This document shows, piece by piece, positions 48,586 to 57,851 of a stretch of 64,000 nt of DNA. The stretch is from Azoarcus sp. (GTDB lineage: Bacteria; Pseudomonadota; Gammaproteobacteria; Burkholderiales; Rhodocyclaceae). The notes under the pieces were generated by a model. That model saw only the letters and a program-made list of their open reading frames with translations, was not told the DNA's origin and did not search any database. The stretch lies in contig JAVBSY010000004.1 of NCBI GenBank assembly GCA_031556475.1, positions 380 through 64,379 on the forward strand, given 5' to 3'. Position 1 is the first letter of the stretch, and every line of letters starts with the position of its first letter. Position numbers and translations under genes: made by a program.

Positions 48586-49619
48586 GGGCCGACCTCGATC
48601 GAATGGCCGCCGCTTGCCTCGATTTCTACAAGCAGGTCGGCCCGGCAGACATCCGCCTGCACATAAGTCACATGGGTGCTGTCGCCAAGGTGGGCGCGCA
48701 CGATGTCGCGTACCGTCGGCAGGTCCGAGCGGTTGCGCACGTAGGCGATGTAGGCGAAGGTTTCGGCGCGAAAACGCACACCGGCCACTTTCCCCGCTTC
48801 ATCGAATACCGCGTCGATATTCGCCAGGGCTTCGCGTGTCTGCGCGGCCACGTCACCGACGTGGCGAGTGGTATGGCCGACGATGCTGGCAGTGCCGGAA
48901 ATGAACAGCAGGATACCGTCGCTGTTTTCATTGCCGCAGCGTGCGAAGGCCGCGCGGGAAAACAGAGGGCTGCGCGTGCCGTATTCCGCCGGGTAACGCC
49001 AGGCACTGAGTTGGCGCGGATTTTCCACCCCTTGCGGGCATTGGCGGCCGGCGAGAAAGGCGAGCGTCAGCGGGCCGTGGGTGGAGCCGAGCACACAGGC
49101 GGCCGGCATGTCGCGGTCGAGCGCGCGGCCGGCGGCGGTAAAGCCTTTCTGGCGGCCGGCGTTGAATTGGCGGTAGCGTTCGGTGCCGCCCTCGATGGCG
49201 TTGATTCTCGGCAGGTAAGTCCATACCCGCAGCAGGCCGGGGTAGCCGAGCGTATCGAGCGCTTCGAAAACAGTGTGGTAAGCCGTTTCGGCGGCATTCT
49301 GCAGCGCCGTGGTTTCGCCCTGCGCGGTGAAATCGGCTTCGTCGAGGTTCAAGACGCCGAACAGCCATTCGTCCGTATGGCGGTAAGCGAGTGCGCCGCG
49401 ACGCCCCGAGCGCACGTCGCCGCCGCTCAGCCAGGCCATGCAAGAGGGCTGTGCCGGGTCGAGCGGCTGCATCGCCACCCGTTGTACTCCTGAATCGTCG
49501 CCGGCCACTGCCGGCAATCCGAAAACCAGCCCTCCCAGCAAGCGCGGATCGGGTATTGCCCTTTCTTCCGATGCCTGCGGTAAGGGCCAGGCAAGGTTCA
49601 ACGCCAGCACAGCCGTCAT
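48582..49619 (-). CDS. FkbO/Hyg5/XanB2-type chorismatase (hydroxybenzoate-forming)
   Basis: True start ATG 49619; RVWTYLPRIN, ERYRQFNAGR, ENPRQLSAW, FISGTASIVGH, CRADLLVEIE. Confidence 0.85.
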   Translation of the reverse strand: MTAVLALNLAWPLPQASEERAIPDPRLLGGLVFGLPAVAGDDSGVQRVAMQPLDPAQPSCMAWLSGGDVRSGRRGALAYRHTDEWLFGVLNLDEADFTAQGETTALQNAAETAYHTVFEALDTLGYPGLLRVWTYLPRINAIEGGTERYRQFNAGRQKGFTAAGRALDRDMPAACVLGSTHGPLTLAFLAGRQCPQGVENPRQLSAWRYPAEYGTRSPLFSRAAFARCGNENSDGILLFISGTASIVGHTTRHVGDVAAQTREALANIDAVFDEAGKVAGVRFRAETFAYIAYVRNRSDLPTVRDIVRAHLGDSTHVTYVQADVCRADLLVEIEASGGHSIEVGP

Positions 49620-50992
49620 GCGTTTGCTGCCATCTCGCCGTCGTCGACCGGTTGAATGTTCTGCTTGCGCCGCCGCCAGGCTGTCAGGGTACGGCGCCAG
49701 TTGCGTGCCGCGGCGATGTAGTAGATGCACTTGAAAACCGTGAGCGAGAACCAGATTGGCGTACGGCCGTAAATATCGCCGGCCAGCAGCGAGATCAGCG
49801 CATCCTTGACCCGCAGCGGGTTGCGCGGTCCCATGAAAAGATCGCGCATGGTCGGGTCGGTCATGCGGTAGATGAACCATGAGAATTCGCGTGGGCCGTG
49901 GCGCATGCCTTTGTCGAAACGCACCATGGCCGCCTGCGTCTGCTCGGGGTGGCGCAGACAGGTATCGACCGCGTCGGCGCCGAAGAACGCGCCCTGCATC
50001 GCCAGCATGACGCCGGAGGAGAACACCGGATCGATGAACGCGTAAGCGTCGCCGAGCAAAATGTAGTTGTGGCCGTATGTGTGCGTGGTGGTGTAGGAAA
50101 AATTGCCTGTCGCCTCCACCGGCGAAACCATCTTGGCTTGCGCCAGGCGCTCGGTCAGCGGCTTGCACAGCGCGATGGTATCGAGCAGAAAGGCTTCCCT
50201 GCTGCGTCCGTTGCGCTGTTTCATGTAGTACGGCCACGTGACCGCGCCGACGCTGGTGGCGCCATCGGCCAGCGGGATGAACCAGAACCAGCCATGCTCG
50301 AACCAGTAGATGCTGATGTTGCCTTCGGCATCGCCGCAATGGCGCGTGGCGCCGGCGAAGTGGGCATACAGCGCGGAACTGTTGTGCTTCGGGTTGCGGT
50401 GCTTGGCGCGCATGCGGTTGGCGATGAAGGTATCGCGCCCGGAGGCGTCGACGACGAAGCGTGCCTGCCAGCGTTCGCGCCGGCCGTCATCGTGCTCCGC
50501 CTCGATGGTCGCGCCGGTGGGGAGAAACTCGACTTCCTTGACCCGGCAGCCTTCGATGACCGTGCTTCCCTTTTTCGTCGCGTTGCGGATCAGTGCAAGG
50601 TCGAATTCGGAGCGGCGTATCTGGTAGGCGTAGGGCAGGTCCTTGTTCCAGCCTTCGGCGAAGTTGAAGACCTGCGAGTTGTCGTGATGCGGCGAAATGA
50701 ATTCGGCACTGTTCTTGCGGATGCCCATGGCGCGTATTTCGTCGGCTACGCCAAGCTTTTCGAACAAGGGCAGATTGGCCGGCAGCAGGGATTCGCCAAT
50801 GTGGAAACGTGGGTGGCGGTCCTTTTCCAACACCGTCACGGCATGTCCGCGCTCGGCGAGCAAGGCGGCAATGGTGGAGCCGGCGGGGCCGCCGCCGATG
50901 ACCAGCACGTCGCAATGCGATTCGGTGATCGGCAGGGGGGATTCGGCGGCCGAGGGGCGCGAGAAAGTCGGCTGGGTAGTGGTGGTATTCAT
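49616..50992 (-). CDS. Flavin-dependent halogenase-like oxidoreductase
   Basis: GGGPAG, HIGESL, WFWFIP (WxWxIP), GDAYAFIDPVFSSG. Confidence 0.82.
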   Translation of the reverse strand: MNTTTTQPTFSRPSAAESPLPITESHCDVLVIGGGPAGSTIAALLAERGHAVTVLEKDRHPRFHIGESLLPANLPLFEKLGVADEIRAMGIRKNSAEFISPHHDNSQVFNFAEGWNKDLPYAYQIRRSEFDLALIRNATKKGSTVIEGCRVKEVEFLPTGATIEAEHDDGRRERWQARFVVDASGRDTFIANRMRAKHRNPKHNSSALYAHFAGATRHCGDAEGNISIYWFEHGWFWFIPLADGATSVGAVTWPYYMKQRNGRSREAFLLDTIALCKPLTERLAQAKMVSPVEATGNFSYTTTHTYGHNYILLGDAYAFIDPVFSSGVMLAMQGAFFGADAVDTCLRHPEQTQAAMVRFDKGMRHGPREFSWFIYRMTDPTMRDLFMGPRNPLRVKDALISLLAGDIYGRTPIWFSLTVFKCIYYIAAARNWRRTLTAWRRRKQNIQPVDDGEMAANA

Positions 50993-51624
50993 GGTTTATG
51001 GATCATCAAACGCAGTGTATCGGGATGGCCGGAAATGTCCTTGACGCGGCCCTGCTTGTCCCACTCGACCTGGTACTCGCCGAAGCTCGACCACCAGTAA
51101 CGCCATACCGGTTCGTCGAGCGAGCGGTTTTCGTTGGTGAGCGGGTAGCCCACGGCCATCAGCACCTGTTCCTTGGTCATGCCCTTCGTCAGGCGGCCTG
51201 CCTTGATCGCGTCCTGCGTCTGTTTCGGGAACGTGGCCAGTCGGGTGCGGGGATCGCTCGGCACAACAAGCTTCTTCACCCATTGCTCCAGGCTTTCCTG
51301 CTCGCGGCCGTAGTCGTGGCCCAGGCGGTACGGCTTGCCATTCATATCCACATGGGCGCGCTCCCTCCCGTAGGACAGGACCTTTACCGGTGTGCCGGCG
51401 GGAATCATCGGCAAGTTGGCGTAATTGGAATCGCTGATCCAATCGCCTTCGTAATGGAGGTTGCAGCATGTATAGCCTTGGAACAATTCCGGAGCCGGTT
51501 TCGTTTCCAGCGTTTTACAGCCGCTCAAAACCAGTAGCGCGGCAGCCGTCGCGGCTCCCAGTTTCATGCCTTGCCGGAAGAAGGGGGGGACACCTTCATC
51601 CTTGTGCATTCTGTCTTTCGCCAT
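50989..51624 (-). CDS. Lipoprotein with SmpA/OmlA(BamE)-like C-terminal motif (paralog A)
   Basis: Lipobox LSGC; GMTKEQVLMAVGYP. The start may be 51567. Confidence 0.75.
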   Translation of the reverse strand: MAKDRMHKDEGVPPFFRQGMKLGAATAAALLVLSGCKTLETKPAPELFQGYTCCNLHYEGDWISDSNYANLPMIPAGTPVKVLSYGRERAHVDMNGKPYRLGHDYGREQESLEQWVKKLVVPSDPRTRLATFPKQTQDAIKAGRLTKGMTKEQVLMAVGYPLTNENRSLDEPVWRYWWSSFGEYQVEWDKQGRVKDISGHPDTLRLMIHKP

Positions 51625-51704
51625 GATTCACCTCGGATTTACCCTTATCACGCGCGGACTATACCCTACGCACATTGACAGCGGAACCGCTCCGTTTCAT
51701 CCTG

Positions 51705-51756
51705 CCGCATCGGGACATCCTTCGTCCTTGCCGCCGCCGCGGCCGTCCCGATGCGG
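51705..51756. repeat. Perfect 12-bp inverted repeat
   Basis: CCGCATCGGGAC (51705-51716) / GTCCCGATGCGG (51745-51756). Confidence 0.7.
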
Positions 51757-51777
51757 TGTGGAAAGCGGTGTGGAAAA
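51753..51777 (+). promoter_or_regulatory. Tandem GCGGTGTGGAAA repeat containing DnaA-box-like 9-mers
   Basis: TGTGGAAAA (51769-51777) is the reverse complement of TTTTCCACA, a TTWTNCACA match; the first copy matches 8/9. Confidence 0.4.
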
Positions 51778-51855
51778 TCCCGCTTCGGCAGGCTTATTCG
51801 GGCGCATTTTTAACTGATAATGTCACCATCGAAGTTGTCGAGTCTTGCCCGTCCC

Positions 51856-52593
51856 ATGCCGATTCTCAGCCTGTCCGACTGGTTGGAAACGCCTCAGGGG
51901 CATTACCTGCTCGAATGGGAGCAGGCCAAATTCGACCTCATGGTGGCCGATCTTTTCGGCTATCACGCTGTTCAGATCGGATTGCCCGAAGTCGATTTCC
52001 TGCGCGCCAACCGCATGCCTTATCGCTTTGCCTGCGCCAGCGCGGGGGAAGTCGATGTGGTCGCACGCGAATGCGAACTGCCCTTCGCCACTGCCAGTCT
52101 CGACCTCGTGGTGTTGCCGCATGTGCTCGAATTCGCGCAGAGTCCGCACCAGGTACTGCGCGAAGTGGAACGCGTTCTCGTGCCCGAAGGCAGCGTCATC
52201 CTGTCCGGCTTCAATCCCTTCAGCCTGTGGGGTGTGCGCCGCTTTGCCGCGCGTGGAAATGGAACCTATCCGTGGCGGGGGCAGTACCTTTCACTGCTGC
52301 GCGTAAAGGACTGGCTGACGCTGCTCAGCTTCGAAACGCAGGCTGGCAGCTTCGGCTGCTACGCACCGGCGGTGACCACCCACCGCTGGCTCGAACGCTG
52401 GCGCTTCATGGACAAGGCGGGAGACCGCTGGTGGCCCGTATGTGGTGGCACCTACATCCTGCAGGGCGTCAAGCGTGTGCAGGGAATGCGGATGATCATG
52501 CCCAACTGGCGGGAGAAAGGCGCCGCTGCCAAACGACTGTCGGTCGTCGCCCGGCGCGATGGCGAAACCCGCGGTGTAGCGAAGAACCGCTGA
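51856..52593 (+). CDS. YafS-like SAM-dependent methyltransferase
   Basis: WLETPQGHYLL, LPHVLEF, LREVERVLVPEG, GFNPFSLWG; conserved neighbour of rnhA-dnaQ. Confidence 0.88.
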   Translation: MPILSLSDWLETPQGHYLLEWEQAKFDLMVADLFGYHAVQIGLPEVDFLRANRMPYRFACASAGEVDVVARECELPFATASLDLVVLPHVLEFAQSPHQVLREVERVLVPEGSVILSGFNPFSLWGVRRFAARGNGTYPWRGQYLSLLRVKDWLTLLSFETQAGSFGCYAPAVTTHRWLERWRFMDKAGDRWWPVCGGTYILQGVKRVQGMRMIMPNWREKGAAAKRLSVVARRDGETRGVAKNR

Positions 52594-52768
52594 TCGGTTT
52601 GCGTGGCTTTTGTCGCTCGGATGATTCTGGTGTCCGACGCGTGGGGGAGTGGTATCGGTTGCATCCGTGGTCATTCCGCGAACAATCCATATGTGGTCGC
52701 CCAGGGTGCGATCAGCATGCTCGTGATGAGACAATCGCCGTTTATGCGGGGCGCAATAGAGACAAGGA

Positions 52769-53218
52769 ATGGAAGAAGTCGATATCTATACCGATGGGGC
52801 GTGCAGCGGCAATCCTGGCCCCGGAGGCTGGGGGGCGATATTGCGCGCGGGAACACACGAGAAAGAAATCTGGGGTGGTGAGCCGCAGACGACCAATAAC
52901 CGCATGGAGTTGACCGCCGTCATCCGCGCATTGACGGAGCTCAAGCGGCCGGTGTCGGTGCGCGTGCATACCGACAGCCAGTATGTGCAGAAAGGAATCT
53001 CCGAGTGGATTCATGGCTGGAAGGCGCGCGGCTGGAAAACGGCGTCGAAAGAGCCGGTGAAGAACGCCGATCTGTGGCGCGCGCTCGACGAAGCGGCCAG
53101 CGTCCATCAGGTGAAATGGCTGTGGGTCAAAGGCCACGCGGGCCACCCTGAAAACGAACGGGCGGACGCGCTTGCCCGGCGCGGCGTCGAGGCATGCCGC
53201 GAGGGCGGCAAAGGCTGA
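52769..53218 (+). CDS. rnhA: Ribonuclease HI
   Basis: [42 protein letters not shown]. Confidence 0.97.
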   Translation: MEEVDIYTDGACSGNPGPGGWGAILRAGTHEKEIWGGEPQTTNNRMELTAVIRALTELKRPVSVRVHTDSQYVQKGISEWIHGWKARGWKTASKEPVKNADLWRALDEAASVHQVKWLWVKGHAGHPENERADALARRGVEACREGGKG

Positions 53219-53242
53219 ACCAAGAGGACTGAAAGAATCGCC

Positions 53243-53962
53243 ATGCGACAAATTGTGCTCGATACCGAAACGACCGGCCTGGATTGGCGCAGCGGCCACC
53301 GCGTGATCGAGATCGGTTGCGTCGAACTACTCAACCGCACGCTGACGGGGCGCCACTTCCACGTCTACATCAATCCGGAGCGGCGGATCGACGCCGAGGC
53401 GGTGGAAGTGCACGGCATCACCGAGGATTTTCTCGCCGACAAGCCAAAATTTGCGGGCATTGCGGTGGATTTCGAGGATTTCGTCCGCGACGCTGAACTC
53501 ATCATCCACAACGCCGCCTTCGACGTCGGTTTTCTCAATCACGAACTGGGCCGGCTGGAACGTCCCGTGATCGCCGCGCTATGCGCCGACGTGATCGATA
53601 CCCTGCGCATGGCGAAGGAGCAAAACCCGGGCAAGAAAGCGTCGCTCGACGCCTTGTGCGAGCGTTACGGCATCGACAATGGCCATCGCACGCGCCACGG
53701 CGCCTTGCTCGACGCGGAGTTGTTGGCCGAAGTCTACCTTGCCATGACGCGCGGCCAGGAAAGCCTGATGATGGCGCTGGAAGAGCCAGCGCCGAGCGCG
53801 GTGGCGGAAGAAATCAGCAGGCCGGTCGAGCGCTTGTCACTGCGCGTGCTGCGCGCGAGCGACGACGAAGTGGCGGAGCACGATCGAGCGCTGAAAGAGA
53901 TTGCCAAGGCGAGCAAGGGGCGGTGTCTGTGGCTGCCGCCCGAATCCGCGGCGACATCCTGA
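53243..53962 (+). CDS. dnaQ: DNA polymerase III epsilon subunit
   Basis: LDTETTG, HNAAFDVGF, HGALLDAELLAEVYLAMT. Confidence 0.97.
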   Translation: MRQIVLDTETTGLDWRSGHRVIEIGCVELLNRTLTGRHFHVYINPERRIDAEAVEVHGITEDFLADKPKFAGIAVDFEDFVRDAELIIHNAAFDVGFLNHELGRLERPVIAALCADVIDTLRMAKEQNPGKKASLDALCERYGIDNGHRTRHGALLDAELLAEVYLAMTRGQESLMMALEEPAPSAVAEEISRPVERLSLRVLRASDDEVAEHDRALKEIAKASKGRCLWLPPESAATS

Positions 53963-53968
53963 AGCAGG

Positions 53969-54646
53969 GTGTCAGCCGAGCGAGTAATCGATAACCGGGA
54001 GAAATGTGTGAAAAGAACAAACGTGGGCACAGGGCGGATCGACATTTCCCGCGCGCAGCGGCGCAGGCGGTTGGGCATTACGGGCACTGCCGCCGTGGCG
54101 CTGCTGGTATTGGGCGGTTGCAGAACCTTGGAAAAGCCGATTCCGGATCCGGTTCAGGGCTATACATGCTGCAACCTGCACTACGAGGGCAATTGGATCA
54201 GCGATTCCAACTACACCTCGCTGCCGATGGTTCCGGCAGGCACCCTGACGAAAGTCTCGTTCCATGCGCGCTATCGCGCTTTCGCGGACATAAACGGCCA
54301 GCCTTTCCGCCTTGGCCTGGATTACGGGCGAGAACAGGAAAACATGGCGCAGTGGGTGGCGAAGATCATCGTGCCGAACGACCCCCGCGTGCGATTGGCC
54401 ACGTATCCGCAACCGATACAGGATGCGATCAAGGCGGGCCGCATCATGAAAGGGATGAACAAGGAACAGGTGGTGATGGCCCTCGGTTACCCGCTCACCA
54501 GCGAAAACAAGTCGCTCGACGAGCCGACCTGGCGTTATTGGGCGAACAGTTTCGACGAATACCAGGTTTCATGGGATGAGCAGGGGTTGGTAATGGCTAT
54601 TTACGGTCTGCCGGAGATCCTCGAGATGGTCGTCTTCAAGCCATAG
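53969..54646 (+). CDS. Lipoprotein with SmpA/OmlA-like motif (paralog B)
   Basis: Lipobox LGGC; QGYTCCNLHYEG and GMNKEQVVMALGYP shared with 50989-51624. Start uncertain. Confidence 0.75.
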   Translation: MSAERVIDNREKCVKRTNVGTGRIDISRAQRRRRLGITGTAAVALLVLGGCRTLEKPIPDPVQGYTCCNLHYEGNWISDSNYTSLPMVPAGTLTKVSFHARYRAFADINGQPFRLGLDYGREQENMAQWVAKIIVPNDPRVRLATYPQPIQDAIKAGRIMKGMNKEQVVMALGYPLTSENKSLDEPTWRYWANSFDEYQVSWDEQGLVMAIYGLPEILEMVVFKP

Positions 54647-54814
54647 GTATATCCCGAAACCGGTTTCCTGCCGGAGGGTTTGTACCGCGGGCCGCCTTTC
54701 TGCTTTCCATAGTGATGGCTCGAAAGGCGGGGCTACCCACAAAGGCAGCATGAGGATGGTCTGTTGGACGGCGGAAAACCGGGAGCCTCGGTTTGGAGCA
54801 AGGCTTGAAAAAGA

Positions 54815-54845
54815 AACAAAAAAACCAACCGCATCGGGTTGGTTT
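54815..54845 (-). terminator. Rho-independent terminator downstream of the tRNA
   Basis: AAACCAACC-GCATCG-GGTTGGTTT hairpin with an A-tract on + (U-tract on -). Confidence 0.75.
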
Positions 54846-54852
54846 GGGAGGG

Positions 54853-54929
54853 TGGTGGTGATGGGCAGAATCGAACTGCCGACCTATGGGTTATGAATCC
54901 ATCGCTCTAACCGTCTGAGCTACATCACC
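54853..54929 (-). tRNA. tRNA with CAT anticodon (elongator Met; Ile2 not excluded)
   Basis: GGTGATG acceptor stem, TAGCTCAG D-arm, TTCATAA loop, GTTCGATTC T-loop, encoded CCA. G1:C72 pair and no GGG/CCC run, so not an initiator. Confidence 0.93.
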
Positions 54930-55069
54930 AGCCAAGCGAAGGAATATAGCGGCCGAGCTTGGGAGCGTCAATATCCGGGGGATTCCGCCGTGCTGGTGGG
55001 TGCCGCGCGAAAGCGAAAGAAGGCTTGATTTATAAGGGTTTTGGATTGACAGAGGGTGCAGGATCGGTG

Positions 55070-55456
55070 ATGATCCCACACCATCCTTTTTTGTCTGGTC
55101 TGCTCTTGCGCATCCTGAAATTTTTTGCTGCATTGCTCTGTCTGGTGGCCATATTGGGCCAACCTGTGTTCGCATCGTCCACGCAGAGGCCGATTCCGCC
55201 GGCAGCGAAATGGGTGGAGGCAGAGTTCATCGGCGTGGACCGCGTGAAGGTGGATGACTACATTTATACGCTTTCCGCAGGGACGCAGATCCGCGACCAG
55301 AACAATCTCATCGTGCCGTTTTCCCATGTGCGCGGAAAATTCGACGTACGCGTGCTGTTCGATATCAATGGCCAGATGCACCGGATCTGGTTGATGACCC
55401 CGGAAGAGATCGCGGAAGCCAAGGCCAAGGCCAAGAAGTGGTGGCATCTTTTCTGA
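55070..55456 (+). CDS. Conserved exported hypothetical protein upstream of miaB
   Basis: Signal peptide; [15 protein letters not shown]...IWLMTPEE; stop overlaps the miaB ATG. Confidence 0.7.
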   Translation: MIPHHPFLSGLLLRILKFFAALLCLVAILGQPVFASSTQRPIPPAAKWVEAEFIGVDRVKVDDYIYTLSAGTQIRDQNNLIVPFSHVRGKFDVRVLFDINGQMHRIWLMTPEEIAEAKAKAKKWWHLF

Positions 55457-56805
55457 TGAAGAAGCTTTACATCCGTACTTTCGGGTGCCAGATGAACGAG
55501 TACGACTCCGACAAGATGGCGGACGTACTCGGTGCGGTGGAAAACCTGGCCAAGACCGACGATCCGGCCGAAGCCGACGTCATTCTGTTCAACACTTGTT
55601 CGGTGCGCGAGAAGGCGCAGGAGCGGGTGTTTCACGACCTGGGCCGGGTGCGGCATCTGAAGAAGCACAAGCCTGATCTGATCATCGGCGTCGGTGGCTG
55701 CGTGGCGAGCCAGGAAGGGGCGTCCATCGTCGCCCGTGCGCCTTACGTTGATGTGGTGTTCGGCCCGCAGACCTTGCACCGCCTGCCGGATCTGATCGAA
55801 GCGCGCAGGCGCAGCGGACGCTCGCAGGTCGATGTGTCCTTTCCCGAGATCGAGAAATTCGATGCACTGCCGCCGGCGCGCGTCGAGGGTGGCAGCGCCT
55901 TCGTGTCGGTCATGGAGGGCTGCTCCAAATACTGCACGTTCTGCATCGTGCCCTACACCCGTGGCGAGGAAGTGTCCCGCCCGCTGGACGATGTGCTGAC
56001 CGAGATAGCGGGTCTGGCCGAGCAGGGGGTGAAAGAGGTCACGCTGCTGGGGCAGAACGTCAACGCCTGGCGCGGCAGCTTGAGCCGGGACGGCGGCGAG
56101 CGCGGCGATTTCGCTTTCCTGCTCGAATGCGTGGCGGACATTCCCGGCATCGAGCGCCTGCGCTACACCACTTCGCATCCGCGCGAGATGAGCCAGAGCG
56201 TGTTCGATGCCTACGAGAAGCTGCCCAAGCTGGTATCGCACCTGCACCTGCCGGTGCAGTCCGGTTCCGACCGCGTTTTGGCGGCGATGAAGCGCGGCTA
56301 TACCGTGCTCGAGTACAAATCGGTGGTGCGCAAGCTGCGTGCGGCGCGGCCAGATTTGTCCTTGTCGTCCGATTTCATCGTCGGCTTTCCCGGTGAGACG
56401 GAAGAGGATTTCGAACGCACGATGCGTTTGATCGACGAGCTTGGGTTCGATACCTCGTTCAGCTTCATCTATAGCGCTCGGCCCGGCACGCCCGCTGCCG
56501 AGCTGGACGACCCCGTGCCGCAGGACACCAAGCTGCGCTGGCTAGCGCGCCTGCAAAAGCGCGTTGAGGAGCAGGCGCAGGCGATCAGCGAATCGATGGT
56601 CGGCACGGTCCAGCGAATCCTCGTCGAAGGCCCGGCGAAAAAGAATCCGGACGAACTCGCGGGGCGGACCGACAACAACCGCGTGGTCAATTTCTCCACC
56701 TCGTCGCCCAACCGCGCACGGCTCGTCGGCCAGTTCGTCGATGTGCGCATCAGCGCCGCGCTGCCTCACAGTTTGCGCGGCGAGATCGTCGTGCGGGAAT
56801 CCTGA
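55456..56805 (+). CDS. miaB: tRNA-i6A37 methylthiotransferase
   Basis: [26 protein letters not shown] radical-SAM motif, TRAM domain. Confidence 0.97.
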   Translation: MKKLYIRTFGCQMNEYDSDKMADVLGAVENLAKTDDPAEADVILFNTCSVREKAQERVFHDLGRVRHLKKHKPDLIIGVGGCVASQEGASIVARAPYVDVVFGPQTLHRLPDLIEARRRSGRSQVDVSFPEIEKFDALPPARVEGGSAFVSVMEGCSKYCTFCIVPYTRGEEVSRPLDDVLTEIAGLAEQGVKEVTLLGQNVNAWRGSLSRDGGERGDFAFLLECVADIPGIERLRYTTSHPREMSQSVFDAYEKLPKLVSHLHLPVQSGSDRVLAAMKRGYTVLEYKSVVRKLRAARPDLSLSSDFIVGFPGETEEDFERTMRLIDELGFDTSFSFIYSARPGTPAAELDDPVPQDTKLRWLARLQKRVEEQAQAISESMVGTVQRILVEGPAKKNPDELAGRTDNNRVVNFSTSSPNRARLVGQFVDVRISAALPHSLRGEIVVRES

Positions 56806-57851
56806 TGGGGCGCAGTCTGGAGTTGTCGCTGTCGCCGGCGGACAATGTCCGGCTGGCCAATCTGTGCGGTACCTTGGACGAGAACCTGCGCCAGATCGAA
56901 CGCGCTTTCGATGTGACCATCGCACGCCGTGGCGAGCACTTCAGCGTCGGCGGCAACGCCGCGCAATCGCAGCTTGCGGTGCAGGCACTCAGACAGTTCT
57001 ATGCGCGTGCCGAGACACACCTGTCGCTGGAAGATGTCCAGCTCGGCCTGGTCGAAATCGCCAACCGCAGCGAAGCAGTGGCGCCGCTTGCGCCCACGCT
57101 GCTCACCCGCCGGGGCGATCTGCATGGCCGTACGCCGCGTCAGGTGGACTATCTGCGCAACATTCAGGAACACGACATCACCTTCGGTATCGGTCCCGCC
57201 GGTACCGGCAAGACCTATCTCGCGGTGGCGAGCGCGGTCGACGCGCTCGAGCGCGATCTGGTGGAGCGCATCATCCTCACCCGGCCGGCGGTGGAGGCGG
57301 GCGAGCGGCTCGGTTTCCTGCCCGGCGACCTGGCGCAGAAGGTCGACCCTTACCTGCGGCCGTTGTACGACGCGCTCTACGATCTGATGGGCTTCGATCG
57401 CGTGGGCAAGCTGTTCGAGCGCGGAAGCATCGAAGTCGCGCCGCTCGCATTCATGCGCGGGCGCACGCTGAACAACGCCTTCATTATTCTCGACGAGGCG
57501 CAGAACACCACGCCGGAGCAGATGAAGATGTTCCTCACCCGCATCGGTTTCGGCGCCAAGGCGGTGGTCACGGGCGATCTCACGCAGGTCGATCTGCCGC
57601 GTGACAAACGCAGCGGGCTGCTGGTGGCGCGCCGGATACTTGCCAAGGTGCGCGGGCTGGCATTTACCGAATTCCAGAAGGAAGACGTGGTGCGCCACCC
57701 GTTGGTGGCGCGCATCGTCGAGGCATACGACGAGGATGCCGCCCGCGAAAGCGCGCGGACCGCAGCCGAAGCCGCGCGGAGTGGCCGCGATGCCATGACG
57801 GACGACCGTGCCGCAGTGGAGAGTGAACGCGATGTCGAAACCGGCGGCTGA
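56805..57851 (+). CDS. ybeZ: PhoH-family ATPase (YbeZ)
   Basis: GPAGTGKT, LTRPAVEAGE, AFMRGRTL, DEAQN, VVRHPLV. Confidence 0.93.
   Translation: MGRSLELSLSPADNVRLANLCGTLDENLRQIERAFDVTIARRGEHFSVGGNAAQSQLAVQALRQFYARAETHLSLEDVQLGLVEIANRSEAVAPLAPTLLTRRGDLHGRTPRQVDYLRNIQEHDITFGIGPAGTGKTYLAVASAVDALERDLVERIILTRPAVEAGERLGFLPGDLAQKVDPYLRPLYDALYDLMGFDRVGKLFERGSIEVAPLAFMRGRTLNNAFIILDEAQNTTPEQMKMFLTRIGFGAKAVVTGDLTQVDLPRDKRSGLLVARRILAKVRGLAFTEFQKEDVVRHPLVARIVEAYDEDAARESARTAAEAARSGRDAMTDDRAAVESERDVETGG

Noticed and set aside
49620-50339. Apparent 240-aa N-terminal extension of the chorismatase
   Set aside because: An alternate frame overlapping the halogenase gene; the real start is ATG 49619, coupled to the halogenase stop.
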